From contig JAEHCQ010000005.1 of NCBI GenBank assembly GCA_020696385.1, forward strand, positions 40,311-104,310: DNA of 64,000 nucleotides, in the 5' to 3' direction. Made by a program: the position numbers and the translations under genes. The first letter of the stretch is position 1. Every line of letters begins with the position of its first letter. The notes beneath the pieces were generated by a model. The model was given only the letters and a program-made list of their open reading frames with translations. It was not told the origin of the DNA and made no database searches. Shown piece after piece: positions 9,040 through 21,800 of this stretch. The DNA is from Methanobacteriota archaeon. Lineage in GTDB: Archaea > Thermoplasmatota > Thermoplasmata > SG8-5 > JAGLSY01.

Positions 9040-9130
9040 TCTTTTATTGTTATACAAAACTCTGTACCAATTTCCTTATATAATTGAATTTACAATATAT
9101 TCATTTAATAACATTGTGGGAGATGAGTTC

Positions 9131-9496
9131 ATGTTGATCAAGATATATGCAAGAAGGATAAAGGTCTATACAGGCAGGAAGATGGAGCGCAGGGGAAAGT
9201 GGGAAAGATATGCCTGCCATGGTGGAATGTGGGCCGCAGAGGATGGATTCTTATTATACACAAATGATTTTGACATGATAAGCAGGAAGGCTATCTTGCT
9301 TATCAAAGAGCTGGCGGAAGAAAATGCACATATTGAGGATATTGAAATAAGAATAATGGACATAATGCAGAACAAGCCAGCTATCAACGCCCTGCTTGAT
9401 AATATCAAAACGATCCCCACGGTGAAGATCGGGAAGCACAAGCTGGAGGGTGTCCCCAAGAAAGAAGACCTCAGGAAGGCTTTTGGGAATAGCTGA
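9131..9496 (+). CDS. Hypothetical protein, possible thioredoxin/glutaredoxin-like fold
   Basis: C-terminal TIPTVKIG...GVP resembles the cis-Pro region of the thioredoxin fold. Confidence 0.45.
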   Translation: MLIKIYARRIKVYTGRKMERRGKWERYACHGGMWAAEDGFLLYTNDFDMISRKAILLIKELAEENAHIEDIEIRIMDIMQNKPAINALLDNIKTIPTVKIGKHKLEGVPKKEDLRKAFGNS

Positions 9497-9560
9497 ACTA
9501 CCTACAAAATAAATTGTACATACAAATAGTTTAATATACACTTGTGTCTGGTCACTATCA

Positions 9561-10267
9561 ATGACATCGATCAAAGATAATGATATAGTATTGGCGATAG
9601 AGGATCTGAAGAAGGGTAAGCCAGTCTTCATCTATGATGCCGATGGGCGAGAGGAAGAGACTGACATCGTCATGGTATCTGAATTTATGAAACCAGATGA
9701 TATCATGCTGCTCAGAAAGGACGGTGGAGGGCTTATATGCTCCACCGTGACTGATGAGATAGCAGACAAGATGGGGCTTCCATTCATGGTGGATGTTCTC
9801 AGAGGAGCGAAGGCCGAGATGCCACTTCTGGAAAGAATGATACCAGACCATCTTCCTTATGATACAAAATCCGCTTTTTCACTGACCATAAATCACAAGG
9901 ATAATTATACTGGCATCACCGACAAGGACAGGTCTATGACCGCGTCCGAATTTGGAAAACTAGTAAAGCTTATAGGCGATGATGGTTTAGTTACAGGAAG
10001 CGGTGTGGATGAGTTCACCAGCAGGTTCAGAACTCCCGGACACTTGCATTTGCTGAGGGCGGCCAAAGGTCTTTTGGACAATAGAAAAGGCCACACGGAA
10101 TTGGCAACAGCTCTTTGTCTGATGGGAAAAATATCACCATCTGCCACCATCTGTGAGATGATGGGGAATGATGGAAATGCCCTTCAGCGACCAGATGCGA
10201 TGAAATATGCCCAGGACAGGGGCTTCATCTATCTGGATGGTAAACAGATAATAGAGGAATGGAAAAT

Positions 10268-10280
<13 letters not shown>
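9561..10280 (+). CDS. ribB: 3,4-dihydroxy-2-butanone-4-phosphate synthase
   Basis: YDADGREEETD, TGITDKDR, GHTE, ICEM motifs. Confidence 0.95.
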
Positions 10281-11223
<943 letters not shown>

Positions 11224-11317
11224 TGCAGCCAATATATGATAGTATAAATATAATTCACAATATTAAAATAATAATATTAAATTCAAAGAATAATAAAAAG
11301 TAAAGGAGGAGTAAAAA

Positions 11318-11719
11318 ATGAAAATAGGAATTGTGGTATCGGAATTCAATTACGACATAACCATGAGTATGCTGGAAAGGGCCAAGGCCCATGCGGATTT
11401 CCTTGGCGCGAAGGTCGGAGAGATCATCCACGTCCCAGGGGTCTATGATATGCCCCTGGCGGTCAAGAAATTGCTTGCAAAGAAGGATATCGATGGTGTA
11501 GCCGCTCTTGGAGCAGTCATCGAGGGCGAGACAGATCATGATGATGTCGTGATCAATCAGGCCAGCAGAAAGTTGACAGATTTGTCATTGGAATTTGACA
11601 AGCCTGTTGGCCTTGGAATAACTGGACCTGGCATGTCGAGGCTTCAAGCAGAGGCAAGGATAGAGAGAGCGAAGTCTGCTGTCGAATCCATTGTCAAGAT
11701 GCACAAAGCATTGAAATAA
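11318..11719 (+). CDS. ribH: 6,7-dimethyl-8-ribityllumazine synthase
   Basis: VSEFNYDIT, VPGVYDMP, GAVIEGETDHD motifs. Confidence 0.95.
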   Translation: MKIGIVVSEFNYDITMSMLERAKAHADFLGAKVGEIIHVPGVYDMPLAVKKLLAKKDIDGVAALGAVIEGETDHDDVVINQASRKLTDLSLEFDKPVGLGITGPGMSRLQAEARIERAKSAVESIVKMHKALK

Positions 11720-11730
11720 ACAATAGGAAA

Positions 11731-11763
11731 AAGCCAGCCATTTGAAAGGCTGGCTTGTTTTTA
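11731..11763 (+). terminator. Hairpin with T-tract after ribH
   Basis: AAGCCAGCC...GGCTGGCTT followed by GTTTTT. Confidence 0.6.
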
Positions 11764-11897
11764 TATTTGCTTAATTTATATTATTGTCTATATAATATTG
11801 GATATATTATATTGATTAAATATATCTGAATATATATTTAATTCAAATTAATATTAAGATAGCGATGTGGTCGAAAGCCAAATGCCCGATCCCTTAT

Positions 11898-12584
11898 CTA
11901 TTCCTGAATGACTTCGAATCCATCTTGATCGAATATCAGTGGGAAGTATCCCCTGGCATGGTTGGATTTTCTCATCTTCGCAACACCCAGGAACAGATTG
12001 ACATTATTATCATCCCTCTTGAGATCAAGGTGAATTATTCCATCACTAAGGAAGTCCTCATCCCGGTTCAGATCACCCTGTCTGCTATCTTCTGAAATAA
12101 TAAATACAGTAACACCCAGCTCTCTAAGCCAGCCGAAGAATCTGAATAATTCCGCACGCTTGTTCTTAACATCTGCCATGACCTCGATAGCAGGCAATGA
12201 ATCTGCAACCAAGATCTCATATTCCATGCTGGCCTGGATATTCTCCGCATACATCTTGAATATCCTCATCCAGCTCTGCCCTTCCTCGGATGTGTCCACA
12301 TTGGATTTCAAATATCCCATGTCCACTATATTGACCATGTTCTCCACAGCAATATGATCCATTCCAAGCTCGGCCATATGCTCAAGCAGTGAATCTCGTC
12401 CTTGCTCGAGGGACATGTATATCCCTTTCTTACCTTCCTTTAAAGCGTTTTGATAAAGTATATTGTAGCCTATGGATGATTTCATTGTTCCTGGCTTTCC
12501 AGCCAGTAAGACCACGTGGCCCTTTGGTATTCCACCATTCAATTGCTCGTCAAGTCCCTTTATATAAGTTTTCAAACGTTCCAT
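11898..12584 (-). CDS. KaiC/RAD55-like RecA-family ATPase (single domain)
   Basis: GLDEQLNGGIP, GKPGTMKS, ADS, KMR motifs. Confidence 0.85.
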   Translation of the reverse strand: MERLKTYIKGLDEQLNGGIPKGHVVLLAGKPGTMKSSIGYNILYQNALKEGKKGIYMSLEQGRDSLLEHMAELGMDHIAVENMVNIVDMGYLKSNVDTSEEGQSWMRIFKMYAENIQASMEYEILVADSLPAIEVMADVKNKRAELFRFFGWLRELGVTVFIISEDSRQGDLNRDEDFLSDGIIHLDLKRDDNNVNLFLGVAKMRKSNHARGYFPLIFDQDGFEVIQE

Positions 12585-12763
12585 GGTATTATCCCCTACT
12601 GACGTGGTAAATATCTGTTTGTGTATAAATATTATCACCATCATTGACGATCTATTAGCGATATTGATGGATTTCAAAAACCATATTACTCAATAGATGA
12701 TCTTCATCGCACTCTACCGATTGCATAAATACTCCTTTTATATTCCCATTATGAGGTCGTGTA

Positions 12764-13876
12764 TTGGTTCCAGGCTCCAAAAAAAGGCTAATCACCATGT
12801 TATTGTTGATGGTGATCGTTTTCAGCATAGGTAATCTTATCTTCAATGTTGAGAGACTGGACATGGGCGACGAGATAATTCTAGATAACCCAGAAGCAGA
12901 GGGAGGGGGATCGTACATAGCCTCCAGCAGCACGATGGCCGAAACTGTCAGATACATGATGATAGGATTCATGGCCATCGGGATCATCATAACCATAGGC
13001 GGTATCGTCTATGGCACAGCCACCAAAGACAAGGAATTCATGAAATCCATCATGTATCCTCTGATAGGTGGTGGGTTGGCAATCCTGCTCATTGTTGGAA
13101 CATTCGCCTATCTGGAGATCGAGAAGAGTGAATACACCCAGAATGAGCTTCTGGAAGAAGGCTATACATCATCCAATAGCACAGGAGGCTCTGGAAATTA
13201 CACAGAGCCATCAAATGTGAAGCCAGACGGCATGGACATGGCAGTATCTGTTATGTTGGCCATAGGGGCTGTTGCGGGGATAGCTATTGCCATATTCGCC
13301 ATCAGCCAGATAACCCAACTCAGAACTGAATCTTTATCTGGAATAGATATGGAAGCAATGACCGAAGAAGTGGGGCAAACCATCCAGAAAGCGATGGACG
13401 ATATGACGAGTGGGACTGATGTCAGATCGTCCATAATGAGATGTTACAGTGATATGTGCAAGCTGGCGTCCAAGCATGGCATTTCCGATGAAGAGCATCT
13501 GACACCCCGTGAATTTGAATCAATGGTCGGCTCCAGGCTTCCCATAGAAGATGAGAAATTACATGATCTTATACTGATATTCGAGGAAGCCAGATACAGC
13601 GACCATGATCTGTCAGAAGAAATGCGTAATAAGGCCATTATCGCCCTTGGCAGCATAAAGGACGATCTTGTGATCGAGGAAGAAATAGATATAGAGACAG
13701 TAGATGAGATTGAGAAAGTGGATGACAAAAAGGTAGAGAAGGATAAGAACAAGAAAATAGAAACGGAGAAGAACAAGAGGATAGAGGGGGAGAAAGACAA
13801 GGAGAAAGAGAATGACGATGATCACGACACGCCCTCGGTCGTGATGATCCAGGTAGGTGATGATAATGGCAAATAA
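12764..13876 (+). CDS. DUF4129-domain membrane protein
   Basis: TM helices; LTPREF...FEEARYS motif; upstream of MoxR. Confidence 0.75.
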   Translation: MVPGSKKRLITMLLLMVIVFSIGNLIFNVERLDMGDEIILDNPEAEGGGSYIASSSTMAETVRYMMIGFMAIGIIITIGGIVYGTATKDKEFMKSIMYPLIGGGLAILLIVGTFAYLEIEKSEYTQNELLEEGYTSSNSTGGSGNYTEPSNVKPDGMDMAVSVMLAIGAVAGIAIAIFAISQITQLRTESLSGIDMEAMTEEVGQTIQKAMDDMTSGTDVRSSIMRCYSDMCKLASKHGISDEEHLTPREFESMVGSRLPIEDEKLHDLILIFEEARYSDHDLSEEMRNKAIIALGSIKDDLVIEEEIDIETVDEIEKVDDKKVEKDKNKKIETEKNKRIEGEKDKEKENDDDHDTPSVVMIQVGDDNGK

Positions 13877-14561
13877 TAATGAAGCCGCTCTTGACAGATC
13901 ATCATATGTTTCCACACACGTGGAGATCACACCATCCGATACCTTGAAACTTGTTGAGGGAAAGCTGATAGGCGAGAGTTTGCTTGGGCCTACTGGCATT
14001 AGGGAATTGTTCATCAATGCCCTGGTTCTCGTGTTCTATCTGGTCCTGCTTTCTATTCCATTTGTTTCATTTGCCTTTGTCAGTGGGGGGATGAGGTGGA
14101 TAATTGTTGTCATGGTGGTGACAACAATCGCCCTCTACACTGTCTATGTTATGAACATGGGCATCCAGAAGAAGGCATGGAAAAAGACGATCATGGAAAA
14201 GAAATACTTCTCGGGTGATCTTTCACGAGCGAATGACATAATCACAAGGGGAGCTGGCGGATATAGCTACAGCCAGCAGTTGATGAGAGAGATGATGGCG
14301 GAAGCCATGATAGAGAAGATCAGACTGGGAAGAGGAATGACCACCAGAGAGATCGAGATGGCCATTGATGAGCCTGAAAGATTCAGGGATATCGTTGATG
14401 ATGAGATTATAGCGACCTTCATACTGGCCAATCAGAAAAAGGCAGAGGGATGGAGCGATAGGATCTCCCGAAAGAAGAGTGATCGGGAGAAGACCGAGAG
14501 CGGTCGTAAATTCATGTTAGAGATCAAAGATATATTAGAAAGAGTGGAGGACTGGGAGTGA
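13866..14561 (+). CDS. Membrane protein of the MoxR/DUF58 cluster
   Basis: Two TM helices; overlaps both neighbours. Confidence 0.6.
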   Translation: MANNNEAALDRSSYVSTHVEITPSDTLKLVEGKLIGESLLGPTGIRELFINALVLVFYLVLLSIPFVSFAFVSGGMRWIIVVMVVTTIALYTVYVMNMGIQKKAWKKTIMEKKYFSGDLSRANDIITRGAGGYSYSQQLMREMMAEAMIEKIRLGRGMTTREIEMAIDEPERFRDIVDDEIIATFILANQKKAEGWSDRISRKKSDREKTESGRKFMLEIKDILERVEDWE

Positions 14562-15508
14562 ATATTAATGAACTGGCAGAAAAGTGCAATGGAATAAAGA
14601 CGGAGGTGGCCAAGGCCATCGTTGGAAAGGATGATGTCATCGATAAGGTGATACTGGCCACCCTGGCAAATGGCCACATACTATTCGAGGATTTTCCTGG
14701 ATTGGCAAAGACCCTATTGGCCAATACATTCTCAAGGGCATTGGGCTGTGGCTTCAGAAGAGTGCAGTTCACCCCGGATCTACTTCCTGCGGATATTACT
14801 GGATCATATATCCTGAACAGGCAGACCAATGAGTTCGAGCTGAGAAAAGGGCCGGTGTTCACGAACATACTGCTGGCGGATGAGATCAACAGAGCCCCAC
14901 CAAAGACTCAATCCGCTCTGTTAGAGGCAATGCAGGAGCGCCAGACGACTCTGGAAGGAGATACACACAAACTACCAGCTCCTTTCATCGTTATAGCCAC
15001 GCAGAACCCCATCGAGTACGAGGGAACATACCCGCTCCCTGAAGCTCAGATAGATCGATTCATAATGCGACTGGATATTGGCTATCCAACTCTCAAAGGG
15101 GAAGCCGAGATACTTAGAAGAAGGCGAACCAGGAAGAAAGAGGAAGTTGACATATTAGCTGTCAGCTCACCTCAGGAGATCATCTCGATGCAGGCGGCCA
15201 TCGAGGAAGTGCATGTTGAATCAGATATAGAGGAATACATAGCACAGATCGTGCAGAACACAAGAAAACACGGTCAGGTGGAGGTCGGAGCCAGTCCAAG
15301 AGGTTCACTGGCCCTTATGCAGTTGGCAATGGCACGTGCGGCCATGAATGGAAGAGACTATGTTCTTCCGGATGACATTAAGGGGATGTGTGTGCCGGCT
15401 TTGGCCCATAGAATAATCCTCAAGCCAGATCCATGGATAAAGGGCATCAAGACAGAGGTCATTGTTGACAAGGTCGTCTCTGATATTCCTGTCCCGAAGG
15501 TGAAATAA
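14558..15508 (+). CDS. MoxR-family AAA+ ATPase
   Basis: PGLAKT, RVQFTPDLLPADITG, DEINRAPPKTQSALLEAMQE motifs. Confidence 0.95.
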   Translation: MNINELAEKCNGIKTEVAKAIVGKDDVIDKVILATLANGHILFEDFPGLAKTLLANTFSRALGCGFRRVQFTPDLLPADITGSYILNRQTNEFELRKGPVFTNILLADEINRAPPKTQSALLEAMQERQTTLEGDTHKLPAPFIVIATQNPIEYEGTYPLPEAQIDRFIMRLDIGYPTLKGEAEILRRRRTRKKEEVDILAVSSPQEIISMQAAIEEVHVESDIEEYIAQIVQNTRKHGQVEVGASPRGSLALMQLAMARAAMNGRDYVLPDDIKGMCVPALAHRIILKPDPWIKGIKTEVIVDKVVSDIPVPKVK

Positions 15509-15527
15509 CTGAGATGAGTGAATCTAA

Positions 15528-16799
15528 ATGAGATCGAGAAAAGGATTCTGGATAGTGGCTTCCGCCATAGCCTGTATAGTCATGGGTGTATGGCTTCGCA
15601 GTGGTAGCCTTATTGCCATATCCTTGCCCCTGATAATTTATCTGGTGGTATCGATCACGATGTTCAAGGACCCCAATTACTCGCTGAATATCAGCCGCTC
15701 GATAGATGAGAGCAGGGTGATGACGGGTGACAATATCCAAGTCACGCTTCATTTGAAGAACACCGGAGCAGCTATCCAGTGTTTGGAGATCGAGGATCTC
15801 ATCCCGCCTTATGTAAAGGTGTCCGAGGGAAGCAATAAGGCCATTCTGACACTGAAGGAACTCGAGGAATATGATCTCGAGTATCAGATAGTCTGCCCAT
15901 ACAGAGGAAGGTTTGAGTTCAAGGGTGTGTGGATCAGAGCAAAGGATTTCATGGACTTCTACACACAACAGATGGAGATCAAGCTTCTGACAACGATCTC
16001 TGTCACATCCGAGATAGAATCCTCCAAGGGACTGAAGATCGCACCCAGAAAGACCAGGAACTGGATCGGCATGATCAAGGCTCGCAGAGTGGGTGTGGGT
16101 ACCGAGTTCTATGGAATTCGGGAATACATTGCTGGAGACGAGCTCAGAAAGATCAATTGGAAAGCATCTGCCAAACGCGACGTGTTAATGACAAATGAAT
16201 TCGAGAGCGAGTGCAGTGGTGATGTCACCATCATGCTCGATGCCAGAACAGAAACGAATGTTGGCAATACAGACAAGAACACGGTGGAACATGGAGTGAG
16301 AGCCGCCTCCACGATAGCCTCTCACATACTCATGGACAAGAACCGTGTTGGACTTATTGTATTGAGGGACATAATCGACGAGGTATATCCTGCCTTTGGG
16401 AAGAGGCAGTATTATCGCATCTCTGAAAAGCTGATGGATGTCCAGCCAGGAGGGAGCATGCCCTTTGATGATGCTCGCTGGATGGTGACCCGGCATTTCC
16501 CACTTGAATCACAGATAATCGTCATAAGCCCGCTTGTGGATTACAAGATCGTGCAGAGCATCGCGGATCTCTGTGCCAGAGGGTATGACGTAGTAGTTGT
16601 CTCGCCATCTCCGATCAAGGTCGAGGGGCAGATAATCGAGGCCTCGAATGAGTTGGAAATGGCCAAGAACCTGAAGAGATTGGAAAGAGACAATCTCATT
16701 TCAGAACTATATCGATATGCCAGGGTGGTGGATTGGGATCCATCAGAGCCACTGGCAAAAGCATTGAAGGGGGTGGAAAGATTAAGAGCGAGGTTCTAG
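15528..16799 (+). CDS. DUF58 (vWA-like) protein
   Basis: EFYGIREYIAGDELRKINWKASA motif. Confidence 0.9.
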   Translation: MRSRKGFWIVASAIACIVMGVWLRSGSLIAISLPLIIYLVVSITMFKDPNYSLNISRSIDESRVMTGDNIQVTLHLKNTGAAIQCLEIEDLIPPYVKVSEGSNKAILTLKELEEYDLEYQIVCPYRGRFEFKGVWIRAKDFMDFYTQQMEIKLLTTISVTSEIESSKGLKIAPRKTRNWIGMIKARRVGVGTEFYGIREYIAGDELRKINWKASAKRDVLMTNEFESECSGDVTIMLDARTETNVGNTDKNTVEHGVRAASTIASHILMDKNRVGLIVLRDIIDEVYPAFGKRQYYRISEKLMDVQPGGSMPFDDARWMVTRHFPLESQIIVISPLVDYKIVQSIADLCARGYDVVVVSPSPIKVEGQIIEASNELEMAKNLKRLERDNLISELYRYARVVDWDPSEPLAKALKGVERLRARF

Positions 16800-17461
16800 A
16801 GGAACAGACAGACTATGAAACTGAAATATCTGTTGATGGATATTCCACCCTCGGAACAAATGGACATGCCAAGCCAGGTATCAATCCCATGGCCATCATT
16901 TCCCTTTCCATACTTATTTGCCTGTCAATGTGGCATCTTCTGCAAACATATGAAGCAGGAGCGGATATGAATGATCATATTACCGCAATAGCATTGAGCA
17001 TTATCATTGGTGTGACTGGCCTTTTCATAAATGTTCCAGGAAAAGGAGAGTTGAGAGATTACCTGACAAACAAGCTGGAGCGCAATCGCCATCTATTGTT
17101 GGGCATCTCCTGTGTCATAATGGGAGGCATTCATTTCATGACATTCGCAAAGGCGACTGACATCGTGCCCATGTTCGGCTTCATGGTCATGCTGATCGCC
17201 TATTATGACCTGGGATCATTGGCCATCCGTACCGCGCCTTATTTGATCCTGAATGATACGAATGATAGCACCAGGCGGTTCATAAGATACTCGGGAGGCA
17301 AGATACTTGTAGCCCTCGGGATCACCTTCCTCATGTCCACATTCATGCTGTTCATATCCCTCATGGGCATAATTGGATTTACAGGGGTCTGGACTGTTCT
17401 TATTCTGGCAGCCATGCTAATGGGATCACTTGGCATGATAGTCCGGTCTGGCAATGTGTGA
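16781..17461 (+). CDS. Multi-pass membrane protein; start uncertain (possibly ATT 16781)
   Basis: About six hydrophobic segments; last gene of the MoxR operon. Confidence 0.55.
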   Translation: MKSEVLEEQTDYETEISVDGYSTLGTNGHAKPGINPMAIISLSILICLSMWHLLQTYEAGADMNDHITAIALSIIIGVTGLFINVPGKGELRDYLTNKLERNRHLLLGISCVIMGGIHFMTFAKATDIVPMFGFMVMLIAYYDLGSLAIRTAPYLILNDTNDSTRRFIRYSGGKILVALGITFLMSTFMLFISLMGIIGFTGVWTVLILAAMLMGSLGMIVRSGNV

Positions 17462-17540
17462 ATTCGGTAAACACAATAGTTTTCGGTAAGCCGAAATTTA
17501 TATATACACAATTATCATTAGGTAAATTGCAGGTGAGAAT

Positions 17541-18329
17541 TTGGAAAGCGTGACATTCGCATTATTACTGACCACCATAGCGGGTCTATCCACTGGATTG
17601 GGCGGAGCAGTCGTACTGCTACAGAAAAAGCCCAATAAAACCCTCCTCACCTTTTCCCTGGGGCTTTCAGCCGGGGTCATGGTATATGTTTCTTTCATGG
17701 AGCTTTTACCCGATGCGATCGAGGGCATTGGAGAGGTTGCTGGCATACTGGCCTTCTTCGTCGGAGTTATGTTCATAGCTCTGATCGATGCCCTTCTACC
17801 GAAACAGCTGAATCCTCATCATTTCAGCAGGATCACTGGCAGAAAATGTGAAAAGAAAAAGAAGAGAAGTGAAGCAGAATGCCGCCTAATGAGGGTGGGC
17901 ACCTTCACAGCAATTGCCATAACGATCCATAATTTCCCAGAGGGAATAGCGACCTTTAGCGCGAGCCTGACGGACATCAGACTTGGGATGGTCATTGCCA
18001 TCGCGATAGCCTTACATAATATTCCAGAGGGCATCTCGGTAGCCGCCCCCATATTCGCAGCCACAGGTGATAAGATCAAGGCCTTCAAGTACGCCTTTCT
18101 ATCTGGAATAGCAGAGCCCATTGGTGGTATATTCAGTTTTATCGTGCTCTACAATTTCATGTCTGATTCCCTTTTGGCAGGATTACTGGCCTTTGTGGCT
18201 GGAATAATGATCTACATATCTCTTGATGAGATATTACCCACAGCCCATAGCTATGGCAAGAGCCATGTTGTGCTGGCAGGTGTTATGCTGGGTATGTTCA
18301 TAATGGCAATGAGCTTACTTATGTTGTGA
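17541..18329 (+). CDS. zupT: ZIP-family zinc transporter ZupT
   Basis: HNFPEG and HNIPEG motifs; TTG start after GGTGA. Confidence 0.92.
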   Translation: MESVTFALLLTTIAGLSTGLGGAVVLLQKKPNKTLLTFSLGLSAGVMVYVSFMELLPDAIEGIGEVAGILAFFVGVMFIALIDALLPKQLNPHHFSRITGRKCEKKKKRSEAECRLMRVGTFTAIAITIHNFPEGIATFSASLTDIRLGMVIAIAIALHNIPEGISVAAPIFAATGDKIKAFKYAFLSGIAEPIGGIFSFIVLYNFMSDSLLAGLLAFVAGIMIYISLDEILPTAHSYGKSHVVLAGVMLGMFIMAMSLLML

Positions 18330-18423
18330 ACTGCCAGATATCCTGAAAATTTCCATAGATATTATGCACAAATCTAAACCAAGCTTTTATTATGGGTATT
18401 GCATTCTCGATAAAATTACCAAA

Positions 18424-18498
18424 GGGCGCGTAGCCTAGCCAGGATATGGCGCTAGCCTTCTAAGCTAGAAGCCAGGGGTTCGAATCCCCTCGCGTCCG
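18424..18498 (+). tRNA. tRNA-Arg(TCT)
   Basis: GGGCGCG/CGCGTCC acceptor stem, CTAGC-CTTCTAA-GCTAG anticodon arm, GGTTCGAATCC T-arm. Confidence 0.95.
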
Positions 18499-18503
18499 CT
18501 CTT

Positions 18504-18725
18504 TTATTTTTTTAAGATGCGACTTTATCATTTGATCCCACGCATCTTTTTTATCAAACAAATTTGTAAAAGATTCAGGTAATGAGTTTGATTCGATATG
18601 TTTAGAGGACGCGAGGTGGATGAGAACGGAGTTCGACGAGATTTTTCTGAATATAATGAAGAAAAAGCGAGCAAGACCTGGATGCTGAAAGCAGACAGGT
18701 TGCTGATCCCCTCGCGTCCGCTCTT
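18504..18725 (+). mobile_element. Structured insert downstream of tRNA-Arg, ending in a copy of the tRNA 3' end
   Basis: 18706-18725 = 18484-18503; inverted copy at 18607-18621; modules shared with 634-704 and 7725-7801. Confidence 0.6.
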
Positions 18726-18821
18726 ATTTTATTATCTTAATAAATGCGAAGTGTTGTAAACAAAACACTTATCTATTCTCTTTTGATTACTATACTATAG
18801 TTAATCCAGGGATGGACCTTA

Positions 18822-21800
18822 ATGACCAAAATACTGAACAACCTTATCGTGCTAGTTATTTCAATTGTATTATTATCATCATCATTGACATTTGTTGGAG
18901 GGTTACAGCCTGCTGAAGATATCACACCAGCAGCAGAGCCAGAATCTCCTGGACTTGATTTGTTTGACCCATGGCCGACCTTCACAGGAACGACCGTCTA
19001 CCATTCATGGGATGAGGCAGAGGCCGAGATGCTACAGATCGCTCTGGACCATCCAGACATCGTACAGCTTACCAGCCTTACCAAGACCTGGGAGAACAGG
19101 GATGTCTGGGCCTTCAAGATATCCGACAATCCTACAGTGGAAGAGTCGGATGAGCCAGAGGTATTCTTCAATTCCCTACACCATGCCAGAGAGTGGATGA
19201 CCATCGAGATCGCGCTCTATGCGATCCATTTCCTGACTGACAATTATGGTATAAATGCCACAGTTACCGATATCGTGGACAATCGACAGATCTGGATAAT
19301 ACCTGTCGTCAATCCAGATGGAAGAGTGATCGACAGCCCAGGGGATGATCCAGCAGACCATACAGCTCAACCGTATGGTTGGAGGAAGAATGCCAGGGAC
19401 AATAATGGTGACATGGTCTTCAATGAGGCGGATGATGGTGTGGATCTCAATAGAAATTATGACTGGCTATGGGGATCTTCAGGCCAGCAATCGGATCCAA
19501 CGAACTACCTATATGGTGGGCCAACAGCCTTCTCTGAACCAGAGAGCATCGCGATACGGGACCTTTGCATAGAGCATGATTTTGTCTTTGCAGTTAACTA
19601 TCACACTTACAGCCAGCTCATTCTTTACCCATGGGGCTGGACATTTGAAGATACAGAGGATCATGATCTACTGGTCACTGTCGCATGGGATCTCGAAAGC
19701 AGGATCACCAATCTAGCGGGAAGCGCGCATGATGGTTATGTTCCCGAGCAGGGTGCGGATCTTTACCCCACTTCTGGTGGAACTGATGACTGGATGTACG
19801 GCAATCAGGGTATTCTTTCCTACACCATCGAGGCCTATCCATATTATGACTGGGGTGGCGGCGGACCTGAGAGCAGCGCGGCCATTCAGGAGCCATACGA
19901 CCTTTTCCATCCAAGAGAGGATAAGGTTCTGCCAGTCTGCCAGGATAATCTGCCAGCGATCATTCGATTATGCGAGATCGCTGATAATCCCTTCCAGGTG
20001 ATGGATCATATAGAGATATCCACAGTTGATGAAGAACTGGTCATCGAGAAGGGAACTGGGGATTCAACGACAATTGATCTTCTAAACAATGGCCAGGGAG
20101 ATGGTGACTACACGATAACAACCAGCTCGATAGCTGGCTGGTCGATAACTCCTTCCCCGGCAGCCAACAATATACTGAAAGATCAGACTGTACAGTCAAC
20201 ACTGAGCATCACGGTGCCAGGAGCAGCAACACCCGGTGAATATACCATCTGGGTGAATGTGTCGATGGATACGAATTCCAGCTGCACGGACTCATGCGAG
20301 GTCACCGTCATCGTGCCTTATTCCGATGACGTTGGCGTGGATTCCATATATCCCTTCGAGGAAATGGGGATCTACCCGATGGGCGAGTACCTGATCGATG
20401 GAACTGTCAAGAATTATGGCGAGTTCCAGGTTCCATCCTTTGACACCACCTGCACGATAACCCGATTTGGTGGTGGAACTAATTACAATCTATTCTCGGA
20501 TGACATGGAGAGCGGCATGACCCAGTGGGTGACTGAGGACTGGGATGGCACTCTTACTAATGACTACTGGCATACTGTATCATCCCGCAGCAATTCTCCA
20601 TCCAACAGTATGTTCTGTGGCCCGGCTACCAGCGGCTACACGATATATTCAAATCAATTCCTTACCATTGCTGACCCAATTGACTTAAGGGATGCGGAGA
20701 CCGCGACTCTCACCTACTGGACATGGCATGAGCTTGTGAACGATGGTTACGATGCGGACTTCTGTGTGGTAGAAGGCTCTGTGGACGGTGGCCATACGTG
20801 GAGCTTTATCGACCGCTACACAGGCGATGATATGACATGGAGGGAGCGAACTAATGACCTCACCAATTTCACTGGCTACCCCGAATTCCTGCTTCGATAC
20901 AGGTTCACATCAGACAATATGGATTATGGGGATACAGGTTTCTATTTCGATGACATAAGTATAGACGCGTTCATACCCGGCGAGACCGTGGTATTCGGCC
21001 CCACCATCCAGACCACAAGCGCACCACTGGACACGCAACTTACCGAGGATCTGCAATGGCAATATAACTTCGATCAGAGTGGCACATACAGAGTGTCCAT
21101 GGAGACCCAGTATGGTGCAGATGGCAATACAGCGAATGACCTGTTGGATGTCATATTCGATATAGGCAGCACACACCTGCCAGATTTCACAGGTGTGGAT
21201 GATGTCATCAATATCGGAACTGGGGATCAGCTTGACATTTACTGGAGCGCGGCAAATGATCCGAATTTGCCGATAACCTACAGCCTTTACAGATTTGACA
21301 ATTTACCAAACGAAGCGGAGGTTAACGCTTCGTCCGCCATATGGACTGGCACAGCTCTTTCCTACAGTGATAACAGTGTGACTGCCGGGGAGACCTATTT
21401 CTACATCGTGAGGGCGAGCGACGCCCTCGGCCAGGAGGAATGGAACATGCTGGCAATAGATGGGACACCATCCATTCAGTTATTGTTCCAGGTACAATCG
21501 CCAATGGCTGGCTTCCGCGATCTCAATCAAGATACCTTTGAATCATCCATACAGATTGCGACCAGCCCGGACATAACAGGCCCGGGACAGTATCAGGTCG
21601 GAGGGGCTGATGACCATTGGCTTTCCGAAGTTTATACCAATGCCCAGCAAATGGACGGCACATGGAAATTCAATATCTGGGGACAGATGAGCAATGACAT
21701 GGCCAACTCGAACCTTTATGCAAGGGTTTACAGATACAGCGATGATGGCCTTCTTTTCCAGACCGTACTGGATGATGAAGATACCAGTGCCTTCGCAGGT

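Noticed and set aside
18607-18720. Second tRNA gene
   Set aside because: It has an acceptor-like stem but no canonical D, anticodon or T arms; treated as part of the insert.
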